Both the position numbers and the translations under genes were made by a program. A stretch of DNA of 64,000 nt, taken from NCBI RefSeq assembly GCF_964355755.1, contig NC_092679.1, positions 7,284,201 to 7,348,200 of the forward strand. The letters run 5' to 3'. This DNA is from Antedon mediterranea. Its lineage: Eukaryota; Animalia; Echinodermata. The notes under the pieces were generated by a model that was not told where the DNA came from, made no database searches, and worked only from the letters and a program-made list of their open reading frames with translations. Shown here piece after piece: positions 13,901-23,618 of the stretch (positions within the stretch are counted from its first letter, which is position 1; each line of letters begins with the position of its first letter).

Positions 13901-14693
13901 TACACTAGATATTTACACATGAAATTACCTGTTCAGTGTCAAGAGTCAAGCCACCACCTAAAGCTTTACACAATATATAAATATTTTAATTAAATTAACA
14001 ATTTTTATTTCAGCTGGTCTTATGGCGTTTTGTTATCAGAGATTGTTACTATGGGATGTACACCTTACCCCGCTATACACAATAGGGAGTTACTGAAGCT
14101 ACTACAGCAGGGTTATCGGATGGACAGACCTGAAAACTGCTCACATGAGCTGTAAGTGTGTCTTCCTTATATCATCATCAATATTGTCACATTTGTCATT
14201 ATAAAAAAAACAACCATTGTGATAATTCATTATGTTCTTTTTTAGATACAGTATTATGTTGTCTTGTTGGCATGACAGACCAGATGACCGACCAACATTC
14301 ACTGAAATTAGATATCATTTAGAAGATATGTTAGAACAAGATACACCATATGTTGATGTCAGTATCGACCCATATCGTGAGTGCTTCTACCATGCATCCA
14401 GTTCATCATCCTCATCAAGTACCAGTATCGAAGATCCTCTTCAGGACTCTGAAACCGGATCATTAATTCTGAAAGTACCGACAGCAGAGCAGACAGTGAA
14501 GATCTCAACAGAAAGCTCATTGATATTGAAAGTTCCAACTGAAGAAGAACTCCTGGAAAAAAAGTTAGAATGTTTGAGTCATCAACGGCTGGATCCACAT
14601 TCAAATGTTTCCAAAAATTATAGTACAGACTCGGGAGTTGGGACTGATGACCATTATACTGATTTGAACACTACAAAACATTCATTTGTATGA
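1880..14693 (+). CDS. Receptor tyrosine kinase with FN3-like ectodomain (torso/RET/FGFR-like kinase), 5'-partial; join(1880-1936,2505-2550,4525-4715,6286-6403,7128-7214,7630-7712,7794-7877,8382-8445,8766-8989,9317-9373,9632-9701,10004-10301,10789-10970,12402-12586,12901-12990,13514-13728,14014-14151,14246-14693), 878 aa visible
   Basis: All 18 exons have AG/GT boundaries, and intron phases chain into one open frame of 2637 nt. FN3 motifs ([26 protein letters not shown]), TM helix [20 protein letters not shown], and kinase motifs [34 protein letters not shown]. No signal peptide in the visible part. Confidence 0.9.
2505..2550 (+). CDS. RTK exon ([15 protein letters not shown])
   Basis: ttcag acceptor, gtaagt donor, phase 0 to 1. 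Confidence 0.65.
4142..4286. mobile_element. MITE family A (PIF/Harbinger-like), full-length copy
   Basis: TIRs agctctgtctacactatcaaact / agtttgacagtgtagacaaggct with TAA/TTA-type flanks; further copies at ~9050-9160 and ~23136-23166. Confidence 0.75.
4525..4715 (+). CDS. RTK exon, first half of FN3-like domain
   Basis: taag acceptor, gtatgt donor; [12 protein letters not shown]...VELNWQF...DWKTVPDLV open. Confidence 0.8.
4779..5790 (-). mobile_element. 5'-truncated CR1/L2-clade non-LTR retrotransposon in an RTK intron, antisense
   Basis: ORF 5027-5790 encodes the RT C-terminal region ([59 protein letters not shown]), followed by a 3' UTR and an (AAATC)n tail at ~4780-4800. Confidence 0.9.
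5823..6020. repeat. Short GC-rich insertion flanked by a ~32 bp direct repeat
   Basis: gctgaatctcaatggagatacaaataaaataa (5791) vs gctggatctcaatggagatacaagataaaataa (6022); interior ggccgtacgcag(G)n...gggtgcgtacgcacccccc. Confidence 0.5.
6286..6403 (+). CDS. RTK exon, second half of FN3-like domain
   Basis: catag/gtaaac; [13 protein letters not shown] matches the FN3 F-strand pattern. Confidence 0.85.
7128..7214 (+). CDS. RTK ectodomain exon
   Basis: tttccag/gtaagt, phase 1-1, open ([10 protein letters not shown]...LKPYV). Confidence 0.8.
7630..7712 (+). CDS. RTK ectodomain exon
   Basis: ccatag/gtaaat; [13 protein letters not shown]...PKFPK. Confidence 0.8.
7794..7877 (+). CDS. RTK ectodomain exon
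   Basis: ttacag/gtgagt, phase 0-0, open. Confidence 0.8.
8144..8324 (+). mobile_element. Probable tRNA-derived SINE remnant
   Basis: Degenerate A-box-like head (ggctaggtgcggttaag), B-box-like ggtgcgaggct, GC-richer body and (AAAT/AAT)n tail. Confidence 0.45.
8382..8445 (+). CDS. RTK ectodomain exon
   Basis: ctttcag/gtgagc; [21 protein letters not shown]. Confidence 0.8.
8766..8989 (+). CDS. RTK exon, membrane-proximal FN3-like domain
   Basis: tttag/gtaagt; ...[10 protein letters not shown]...SFIVHWG... Confidence 0.85.
9050..9160. mobile_element. MITE family A, partial copy
   Basis: tctgtctacactatcaaactagtttgacaaaaaa.gtgtg.tgtgcccaaat shared with the 4142 copy. Confidence 0.7.
9317..9373 (+). 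CDS. RTK exon, FN3 motif
   Basis: ccacag/gtatta; [15 protein letters not shown] is the classic FN3 L-P-x-T-x-Y motif. Confidence 0.88.
9632..9701 (+). CDS. RTK exon, end of FN3 domain
   Basis: taaag/gtaagt; VIVRRG...EFTT. Confidence 0.78.
10004..10301 (+). CDS. RTK exon, S/T-rich stalk, transmembrane helix and juxtamembrane
   Basis: ttcag acceptor; 20-residue hydrophobic helix followed by RCIIKYR; phase-2 donor matches the next exon. Confidence 0.88.
10789..10970 (+). CDS. RTK kinase exon, subdomains I-II
   Basis: DRWEL...LGEGAFGQV...VAVK; gtaaga donor. Confidence 0.95.
11011..11808. repeat. Intronic minisatellite, 46 bp unit (43 bp variant in the first copies), ~17 copies
   Basis: gatcactacatgctgggttgggatagaaacttaagcagtaaagaat repeated head to tail. 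Confidence 0.97.
12402..12586 (+). CDS. RTK kinase exon, subdomains III-V
   Basis: [25 protein letters not shown]...HGNLLNYLR; gtaagt donor. Confidence 0.95.
12901..12990 (+). CDS. RTK kinase exon, short insert and VIa
   Basis: ttttag/gtaagt; [17 protein letters not shown]. Confidence 0.93.
13514..13728 (+). CDS. RTK kinase exon, catalytic and activation loops
   Basis: [20 protein letters not shown]...[35 protein letters not shown]...KSDV. Confidence 0.97.
14014..14151 (+). CDS. RTK kinase exon, subdomains IX-X
   Basis: [19 protein letters not shown]...[11 protein letters not shown]; ttcag/gtaagt. Confidence 0.95.
14246..14693 (+). CDS. RTK last coding exon, subdomain XI and C-terminal tail
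   Basis: [18 protein letters not shown]...; TGA at 14691-14693. Confidence 0.93.
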
Positions 14694-15209
14694 ATTGATT
14701 CCCTGTATAATAGAACACTATTTCAACAAACTTTATAAATTGTATATTTTATTGTGTATTACAAACAAACAATAACTCAGCCATAATAAGAAGAAATCAA
14801 TTAGAAAAGCTGTGTTGAGCAGGAAAAATTGACGGAAAAAGAAATCTGGTAAAACAGATGGACTGACAGACACTGTGTGCTACACTATATACTGGATTTT
14901 TCGAATATTAAATATAAAAGTGTAAATTATGTATTTATACCAATACAATAACAGAGTGTTTTATTCTTCAGGTATTTTTCTCCTACCTCCATCTGTACTT
15001 TGTGTTTTATAATTTGAATCAAATTTGTTTGTTTTTTTTAAAAATCAGATTTCATGTATATAATTATATAATGTAAATTCTTTTCATCTATTTTATTTGT
15101 ATTGCTAAATCTCCCTTTACTCCAACTAAAGATGCAACACAAATCATTTGGACTAATCACAGATCACCCAAACGGTCACTTCTGATTGGTTGTTGCGCCT
15201 ACTTCGTTA

Positions 15210-15356
15210 AGCTTGGTTCCCACTAGAGATACAACACAAGGGCATGGAGGTAATTGACCAATGACAATCAACAGTTTTAATCCATCGCTTGTGATTGGTC
15301 AAATCACTTACGTTGCGCTTACATCATTGTGTTGCGTCCTAGTGGAAACCCATCTT
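15210..15356. mobile_element. MITE family B (inverted CCAAT-bearing)
   Basis: TIRs agcttggttcccactag / ctagtggaaacccatct; internal ttgaccaat ... attggtcaa inverted pair; relatives at 22489, 23481 and ~39255. Confidence 0.7.
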
Positions 15357-15994
15357 AATGCTGTGAGAACTGACATAAAAGGAAACGAATTATCAAAAAG
15401 GATGATAATTCCAGATACAGAAAGTGCTTGCCAACTCTTAGGATCTAGTAGTAGGAGGATTCAAAATGTTTCAATCAATTTAGAGCATATTAAATATTAT
15501 TTAAATCATATTGTACAAAAGAATTATTTTAATGAACATACGTTAGTAAGTAAGTCAAACTGTGTACACCGGTAACCGGATGTGATCATGAGTACATTGC
15601 CATCACCATTGGTGGTCTGCAATTAGGGTTGTGTCCCATGGATCTTGAATTGAGTCACGGAATATTAGTGTAGTAGTTTAAGTTATATGAATTCATACTA
15701 AGATGTATTGTCCTTTAAAACATGAACAAATAAAGAAGTATAAAATCAATGTAAAGGCCATTATGTAGTTTTAATAAAATGATTTACTTTTCTAAAAAAT
15801 AATGATTTAATATAATTTACTAAATAACTATAATTTGAAATTGAAATGGCCTATTTAATTATTAATTGTTTGTTAATAAATGGCGTTTGTTTTAATTATT
15901 TTTTTATGGGGAAAATGCATCTTTAAGTTCATTGTGAGTTATGGGAAAATTAATTTGATTTATTGAGCGCATGCTAACAAAGTATCGGGTCGGG

Positions 15995-18900
15995 TTTTTT
16001 GACATAAATGGTTTTTATACGTAAAAATCACTGTACTATAGTACAGGGATTTTTTCCAAAAATGCCCATATTTCGACCTTTTTATTTTTTGACATAAATG
16101 CTTATAACGCAATATATGCACATAATAACAGTATTATAAAAAGGTCGAAATATGACCATTTTTGGAAAAAATCCCTGTACTATAGTAGGGACTTTTACAT
16201 ATAGTAACCATTTATGTCAAAAAAGGTCAGGGATTTGTTCAAAAAATGGTCATATTTCGACCTTTTTATTTTTTGACATAAATGGTTACTATACGTCTAT
16301 AAGTTGCTTATAACGCAATATATGCACATAATATAGCAATATTATTGCATAATAACAGTATTTTAAAAAGTGCGTATTTTTGCGATTTTTCGAAAAAATC
16401 CCTGTACTATAGTACAGGGATTTTTTCCAAATATGGCCATATTTCGACCTTTGACTAATTCCAAAAAAATTAAAAATAAAAGATTTCGAAAAAAGGTGGG
16501 TCATTTTGAAGTATCATAATAGTTATTAACTATCACCAAAAATGTTTCGAAAAAAAAAAAAATTAACTGAAATACAGACGTTTTTTTGTTAAAAAAATAA
16601 CTTTGACTTCCAGTCAAAGTTTTCAATCAAAACATATCCCATAATGAAACGCGCTTGTTTGGCTACTCTGTATGCATAATCATAAAACTTCCTCATGATC
16701 TGTGTGAAAATACCTTCTTAACCGTGACGAGTTGTAAACAATCCTAATTTAGCATATATATAATGCGTACTCATGGTTTGAAATCTTTGTTTACTTTCGC
16801 TAGTGACGATTTTCCAGATGAAATGTAATCAAACTAATTTACCTGTTAATTACGTAAACCTGTTGTTTTTGGCTCAAATTTTCGACTTATAGTGAATAAC
16901 TTTAATATTACTTTGATATGGCCACTTTAAATTTAGAATATTTTGACCTTCATTTTTTTGTGTTTCAAGGGACAATACATCTATCTACATCATAAATGGT
17001 TACTATACGTCTATAGTATAAGATGCTTATAACGCAATATATGCACATATATAGCAATATTATAGCATAATAACAGTATTTAAAAAAGTGCGTATTTTGG
17101 CCATTTTTCGAAAAAAATCCCTGTACTATACTATACTGTATTGATATCAACTAATACGCTGTATTTATTAATCATTTGTGTTGGTATTAATTAACAGTAT
17201 TGATAACAAAATATATAAAAATATGAACAAGATATTAACTGATATCAATACTTGTGATACTGATATATTAATATTAATAATATATCGATATCGATTAATT
17301 GTATTGTTATCAATATATCGATTAATTGTATTGGTATTAATATATCGAATAATTGTATTGGTATTAATATATCCATTAATTGTATTGGTATTAATATATC
17401 GATTAATTGTATTGGTATTAATATATCGATTAATTGTATTGGTATTAATATATCGATTAATTGTATTGGTATTAATATATCGAATAATTGTATTGGTATT
17501 AATCTATCGATTAGTTGTATTGGTATCAATATATCAGTTAATTGTATTGGTATTAATATATCGATTATTTGTATTGGTAATAATATATCGATTAATTAAA
17601 CGTATCCTATGTAGGCCTACTTGTAATAATAGTGTCTTAATTCCCTACATCAATAGTATCCTATTATGTTATATATATTTGTACACAGTATTTATATGTA
17701 TTTTTTATATTAATTATTGTTTTTTTTTTTTTAATCTTTTTCTCTTTTTCATGTTTGTATCGTTCTCGTTTTTAGGACCTCATGCATATCAGCTTTTGTT
17801 GTTTTCATTCACCCTCATTATACAAAGTTTAATCAATTATATACAACTTATTATATTAACTTAGCATTGTCATTTGTCATTAATTTGCCTTTAGCTAGCT
17901 GGATCGTAAATGGTAAAAATAAAATAAAGAAAAAGCTAAAACAAAACGTTACACGCACATTGGTGCAATGAGATCATTGTCAATAATGTGCTCTATGGGA
18001 AATCTTTCAGCTACAGATTATCAAATGATCCACGCGCTAGACAAGGATGTGTGTACACCGGTGCCATACGCGCTATCCTTATCAATGTATTAACCAATAA
18101 TCATGTAATGATAGTTTATCCACGGTTTATTGAAGGCACCAGTGTACTTGCAATCCATTTTTCGTAATAATTGTACAAGTATAATATGTCTATTTAACAG
18201 ATGCTGTTTGTGTACCTCTATTATTACAATTAGTAGATAGTAACTAATTTCAAAGTGTACTAAAAAGTATATGTAAATCAATTGTGTTGCGTAGCACTGT
18301 GTAAAATATATATAAATCATACTGTAAATTATAGAAACTGTTTCTACAATTTACAGTATATACTAAAAAGTATAGTTGTTCGAACCATTTATTTTTTTAC
18401 ATGCCGTGCATGTTATTTCCTCAATACATTTTGAAAAATCGATATTGTGATCATTAAAAAAAATGTAGGCCTATAGTAAGGGATTTTAATTTTAAAAACA
18501 TGGTCAAATTTCGACCCTTTTTATTTTTTGACCTAACGCAAGATAATATTATCAAATTAAAATTGTGTATTTTTTATGATTATTTTTTCATATGACATGC
18601 GCAGAATGTGTTCAGAGAAATTTTTAAATTTTGACCCTGACATAACTAGTTAAATTACTATGATCATACACACTAGGCCTATATGCCAATATTACCGCAT
18701 AATAATTGAATTTTAAAAAGTCGATATTTTGTCAATTTTTTGTAAAAAAATATTCTTTTCAAAGTAGATCCTCACTAGTATTTTGCTTAAATCCAGTTTT
18801 TCGAAAAAAATCCCTGTACTATACAGGGATTTCGACCATGAGTAGAATCACGCTATGTGTTCAAACGTATTGTACTATATACGGTAGGCCTACATGGATT

Positions 18901-19088
18901 TTTTTCGAAAAATGAGCAAAATACGCACTTTTTAAAACACTGTTATTATGCAATACCGGTAGTATTGCTAAATAAGTGCATATATTGCGTTATAACATTT
19001 TATAGACGTATAGTAACCATTTATGTCAAAAAATAAAAAGGTCGAAATTTGGCCATTTGAAACAAAAATTCCTGTAGGCCTACTATAA
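15995..19088. repeat. Composite repeat: ~190 bp modules in direct and inverted orientation bounded by the palindrome ccctgtactatagtacaggg
   Basis: Modules at ~16030-16450 and ~16945-17130, inverted at ~18890-19085, degenerate at ~18480-18840. Confidence 0.75.
17278..17598. repeat. Minisatellite, 27 bp unit, ~12 copies
   Basis: tatatcgattaattgtattggtattaa tandem; gives the spurious (LIVLVLIYR)n ORF. Confidence 0.95.
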
Positions 19089-19199
19089 CTAATTCGTGTA
19101 ATATATAGCGTGTGCAGAATTAACGTTTTGTTTTATGGGATACACACATTTTTTACTATTTTTTTACAAAGGGGATGAACATATCAGACAATACTGTAA

Positions 19200-19594
19200 T
19201 AATCGTTCTGTAATTGGCCGATACAGATGAGTAGCATGATGAGTCAGCCAATCAGGGGGTCCAATTATTGCGACTAGACAGACGATCTCAACATCTTTCA
19301 GACTGGAGTAAAAAAAGCATTTCCGACTGAAAGTTCATCTGGCATTAACATACTGACCCACCACGAAGTAAGCTATTTATTTGCGTTCAAATGCCAAGCC
19401 GCATGACAACATACAGGGCGCAGATGTAAGTGGTTTAGTCATTCGAAAACGTCACATAAACTTTTAAAAACAGTTTTAAAGCAAAGCTTTACAGTAGTCC
19501 CGCGTGGAGGAAAAAGTAATTTTGTCGCGGCGAGTTTTACCCCGAGGGTGGTGTAGCTCACTCACTTGACGGTGATTTACGTGAAACTGACAAA
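19200..19594 (+). promoter_or_regulatory. Putative univin promoter and 5' UTR
   Basis: CpG-richer segment just upstream of the ATG with TGAGTCA (AP-1-like, ~19240), CCAAT boxes (~19248, 19261) and several AGAC Smad cores. TSS not determined. Confidence 0.4.
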
Positions 19595-19895
19595 ATGAGG
19601 GGTTGTTTACCTGCAGTACAATGGTTGGTGTTAATCTTTATTGTTTTTTTATTGGAAGTTGTTGATGGAGAGACAAAGAATTGGGACAATAGCATGGAAA
19701 GTCGAATCCTTCGCTTCTTTGGTTTGACTCAGAAACCAAAAATTGGGGTAAACGCTACGGCTCCTCGCTATATGATTGATATGTACAGAAGGATAGAGGA
19801 ACAGCATCAACGCAACATCTTCACGACTAGTAGCCGATGCGGATTCGATGACAATGATATTCCGGGCAACACAGTTAGAAGTTTGCAAAATACAG
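19595..19895 (+). CDS. univin: univin (Vg1/GDF1/3-group TGF-beta ligand), coding exon 1: signal peptide and N-terminal prodomain
   Basis: aaaATG start, hydrophobic signal peptide, ILRFFGL..KP...PRYMIDMY...PGNTVRS prodomain motifs, phase-1 donor ag|gtatgt. Confidence 0.9.
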
Positions 19896-20786
19896 GTATG
19901 TCAACTATACATTAGAAAAGATACCTCATAGCCGATGCGTAACACACAAAATAGTCTTCTATGGTTAAGGAACGACAAGTGCACTATCTCTTAAAGTATA
20001 GGCTACTAGGTCTTGATTGAACGAAAACCACTATAGTTTCTACCTACAGTATATTTCGTTGAACAAAAAACGACCTATAGTTTTGGTATAGAAATAATTG
20101 GATAACACAATTATTTTACACCCGCCCCCCCCCCCCCCCTCCACCTCCACCTTTCCACCTATCTATACTCGATTTAGACGATGTGGAGTAACATAGACTT
20201 TAAAAGGAGGATACCTTTTCTTTATATTAATATTTTTTGTGAAATAACTTGGATTGCAATGAATAATGGTAGTTGACATACGGTACCACTTGTTGCAGTA
20301 CGGGTGATAAAACCTAAATACCAGCCAAAGTATTTTAACTAATTTTTAAATAATTTCTACGTGTTTGTATGTAAATGTCTCGCAGTGAGATGGTTGTATA
20401 TCATTGTAATGACTTGAAAACAATAATTCCTTAGTGCCCAGCAATTTTACAGAAAATTTTCGACCACCACAGCTTTTGCGTAACTGCCTATAAACCCAAT
20501 GTAATACCGTAATAAATTATAAAGATCTATAGTAAGCATACGTTGCTGATACTGATATTTGACATTTAAGAAAATAAATCAAAAAAATCACCTTATTTAT
20601 TTTTTACCTTTTGCTGCTGATGTCCGTCATTTATTGCGCGATATACGCATACCGTACGCGTTGGTCTATCCATTCAGACCTTTGCAATAAACTGAATAAA
20701 GATATAAAGTATGTTGACTATAATAGTAATAACTTATATTTTTATTAATTAATATAATGTATTATCATTATCATTCTTATTGACAG

Positions 20787-21604
20787 GTCTGAGCATGCGT
20801 AAATCAAGCACCGGAAGTGGCCGTTACCATCAGTTGCTTTCCTTCAACCTGTCAACAATCCCAGAGACCGAAAGTATAACAAAAGCTGAAATCAATTTTG
20901 GAATTTTTGAGAACCGAGATGAGGCAAACAATAGACACACGGCAGTTAAAATTTCTCTTTATCAATTACTTAAACGAAACAAATTTAATGAAAACAATCT
21001 TCTTGACGATCAACCTATTTTAGAGTTTCATTCGTTGCATAACTTTACATCCGAATTTGACGAATACGCAGTCATTGGTATTCTAGACCTGGTCGAGAAA
21101 TTTCGCTCGCAATCGATGAAGAATCTTCAACTATACGTAGCTTTTCAATTTAGCGGTAATTCGTTAGACAGCGAAAGAGATCTACTCTCTAGTCAAACGT
21201 CCCTAATCGTCGTGTCAATAGACCATAGCCAGTGCAAGAGTCGGATCCGGCGTGACGCAGAACCCGCAGACGTCCACAACAACAATCCAAACATCTGTAA
21301 AAGAAATCGACTACTCGTGAATTTCAAAGACGTAGGATGGGATGATTGGATTATCGCACCGATGACGTATCAAGCGTATTATTGTGCTGGGGAATGTCCC
21401 TTCCCAATGAACGAAAGACTTAACACAACAAACCACGCTATAATGCAGACTTTGGTCGTGTCATTAGACAAATCGGCCGCACCTCCCGTCTGTTGTACAC
21501 CGACAAACTTATCACCGATTTCAATGTTGTATTTTGATACGAATGACAATGTTGTTCTTCGCCAGTACGAGGACATGGTGGTACAAGAGTGTGGATGTAG
21601 GTAG
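20787..21604 (+). CDS. univin: univin coding exon 2: prodomain, RIRR furin site, mature 7-cysteine ligand (372 aa precursor in total)
   Basis: tgacag acceptor in phase 1. Mature domain [48 protein letters not shown]...ISMLYFD...[16 protein letters not shown] resembles echinoderm univin/Vg1 as I recall it; sits directly upstream of BMP2/4. Confidence 0.88.
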
Positions 21605-22488
21605 ACATTCCTACGTGTACTGTTTACACAGTTCTTCAGATGAATTGTTTATTTTAGTAAAATTAAATACACAAATATAACGGTATAATAAACGCAAAAA
21701 CACGCTAAAAATGCTTAAAATAGGTAGCTCACGTGTTACTATTGTTTATTCGCTACAAACAACGTATGACGGGACTTGTTGAGAATATGTAAATAGTTTA
21801 CTGCATTCCATTGTGTTCAATCAGAACTATTACATAGTTATTTAAACGTGGGTGGTGAGGGGGGGGGGGGGGAGTAGAAGAAGGAAAACAATAAATAGAA
21901 TCGCAACATGGAATAAAGCGAAGCTACGTTAAAATAAAATTCAGAACTTCAAAACATATCATGCAATAGCAGGGTTTGATTCAGACCAATTGAACAACGC
22001 ACTGTATTCCCTCTTAACATCGGATGTTACTCTCCAGACATATTTAATCCTAAATAGCACAAATCAAACCAATTTAGACAGCAATATTGCAGAATAGTAC
22101 CGACTGAGTAATCTTCCAATGTTAATCCTACAGGCATAGCAAAAGAGTTTTCTTAACATGTAAAAGATTTAATGTACAGTTCACTGTTACCTGAGGCCTT
22201 GTACTCTATAATCGACTTTTTAGTATTAAGCACACTTAGTGCATTCTGTTATTTCTATAGGCTCATTTTCTTGTCTAGTCGACCATTCAATATTATTCAA
22301 TATCACATTCATGACTTAATTAACGGAACATCGCCAATTTAATTGTTTCTTTGTTCCTCACCTTGTGTGAGTGATGTGCAATATATTATTCGTACAATAA
22401 AGGGCCGGGGGCCGTTGAATGTTTTTGGAAAAAATTAGGATTCGTGGTTTTGCGTGACGTGAGGGTCAGAGCGTATTTAGCGCGCTAA

Positions 22489-22623
22489 AGCTTAGTTCTC
22501 TCGCAAATGAATTGACCACCAATCACAAGCGAACACAATTAAGATAAGCCATCGTGTCGTGATTGGTCAACTCATTTGCGTTGCGCTTACGTATTTGCGT
22601 TGCATCCTAATGAGAACCCAGCT
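22489..22623. mobile_element. MITE family B copy
   Basis: agcttagttctc...accaatcacaagc...gtgattggtcaactcatttgcgttgcgcttac...tgagaacccagct. Confidence 0.65.
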
Positions 22624-23135
22624 TTAGGGTTAGGGTTGTATACGCTTATTTAGTACAGTACCGTATGATACATTATTTATTGTACGGTATTATTGACGCT
22701 AGAAAATATGTCCTACGTTTTGGACCAATACTTCTTTTTTTATTTAAAAATATTGTTTGTGTTTATTTTTAGAACCGATAAGTTTGCATAAAACACGACA
22801 GTACGTGTGTATCTCCAACCAGGAGTATAACTTGGTACGGTGCATGATAACAAGTGAATGTTATTTGTTTGATGTATTTGGTAAGTGTTCGATACAAGTG
22901 ACGTCATAATGATCATTAATTAATCTAATTAATAATTAAGAAGGAGTTCGCGATTGCTAACAAAATGTAAACATTTTTATATGGAGAAAATAATTATTTA
23001 AATAAAATGCTTGAGTGAACATTCGTATACAATTTCTTTGGTTTTTCCACCAATTTTGTAAACAATTATTTTATTTCATAATAACAAACCTGTGTTCAGG
23101 AATCACAGAACAATTACTTGTTTTAGTCTAAAAGG

Positions 23136-23166
23136 GTCAAACTAGTTTGATAGTGTAGACAGAGCT
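23136..23166. mobile_element. MITE family A, solo terminus
   Basis: gtcaaactagtttgatagtgtagacagagct is the reverse complement of the 4142 left end. Confidence 0.6.
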
Positions 23167-23480
23167 TTAAGCTTTCAAATAATAAAGCAAAATACAGAGT
23201 AGCATAATACTGTAAATATACAACTGATAATGAACATAAATAATATAATGCAAGAAAAGAAGTTGGTAAGTGGAAAAGGGACGCCACAGCAAGCAAGCTT
23301 TAATTTGGGCGCCCCTCTCAATAGTGAAACAACTTAAACTTTAACATTTTAAAATTTTGATATTAATTATTATAAAAACAACAATTGATAATTCAGTTAT
23401 ATGCGATTACAAATTAAACAATTTTCACATAAACACCTATTTGGATAGTGAATCAACAGATCAATCGTCGTCACAGTTAC

Positions 23481-23618
23481 TCTTGGTTACCACTTAAAGG
23501 ATGCAAGGGCGTAGCCTACGTACAGGCAATGCAGGCAATTTAACCAATCAACAGCATTTCGAAAAGTCATTCGCTTCTGGATTGGTCAAATTGCCTGCAT
23601 TGAGTGGTAACCAAGCTT
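23481..23618. mobile_element. MITE family B-related copy
   Basis: cttggttaccact ... agtggtaaccaag TIR; internal aatgcaggcaattt/aaattgcctgcatt inverted pair. Confidence 0.65.

Noticed and set aside
17178-17864. 228 aa hydrophobic ORF (LIVLVLIYR)n and its antisense ORF
   Set aside because: Read-through of a stop-free 27 bp minisatellite; no splice or domain support
22624-22637. Telomeric TTAGGG repeats
   Set aside because: Only two units; expected by chance or from a MITE flank
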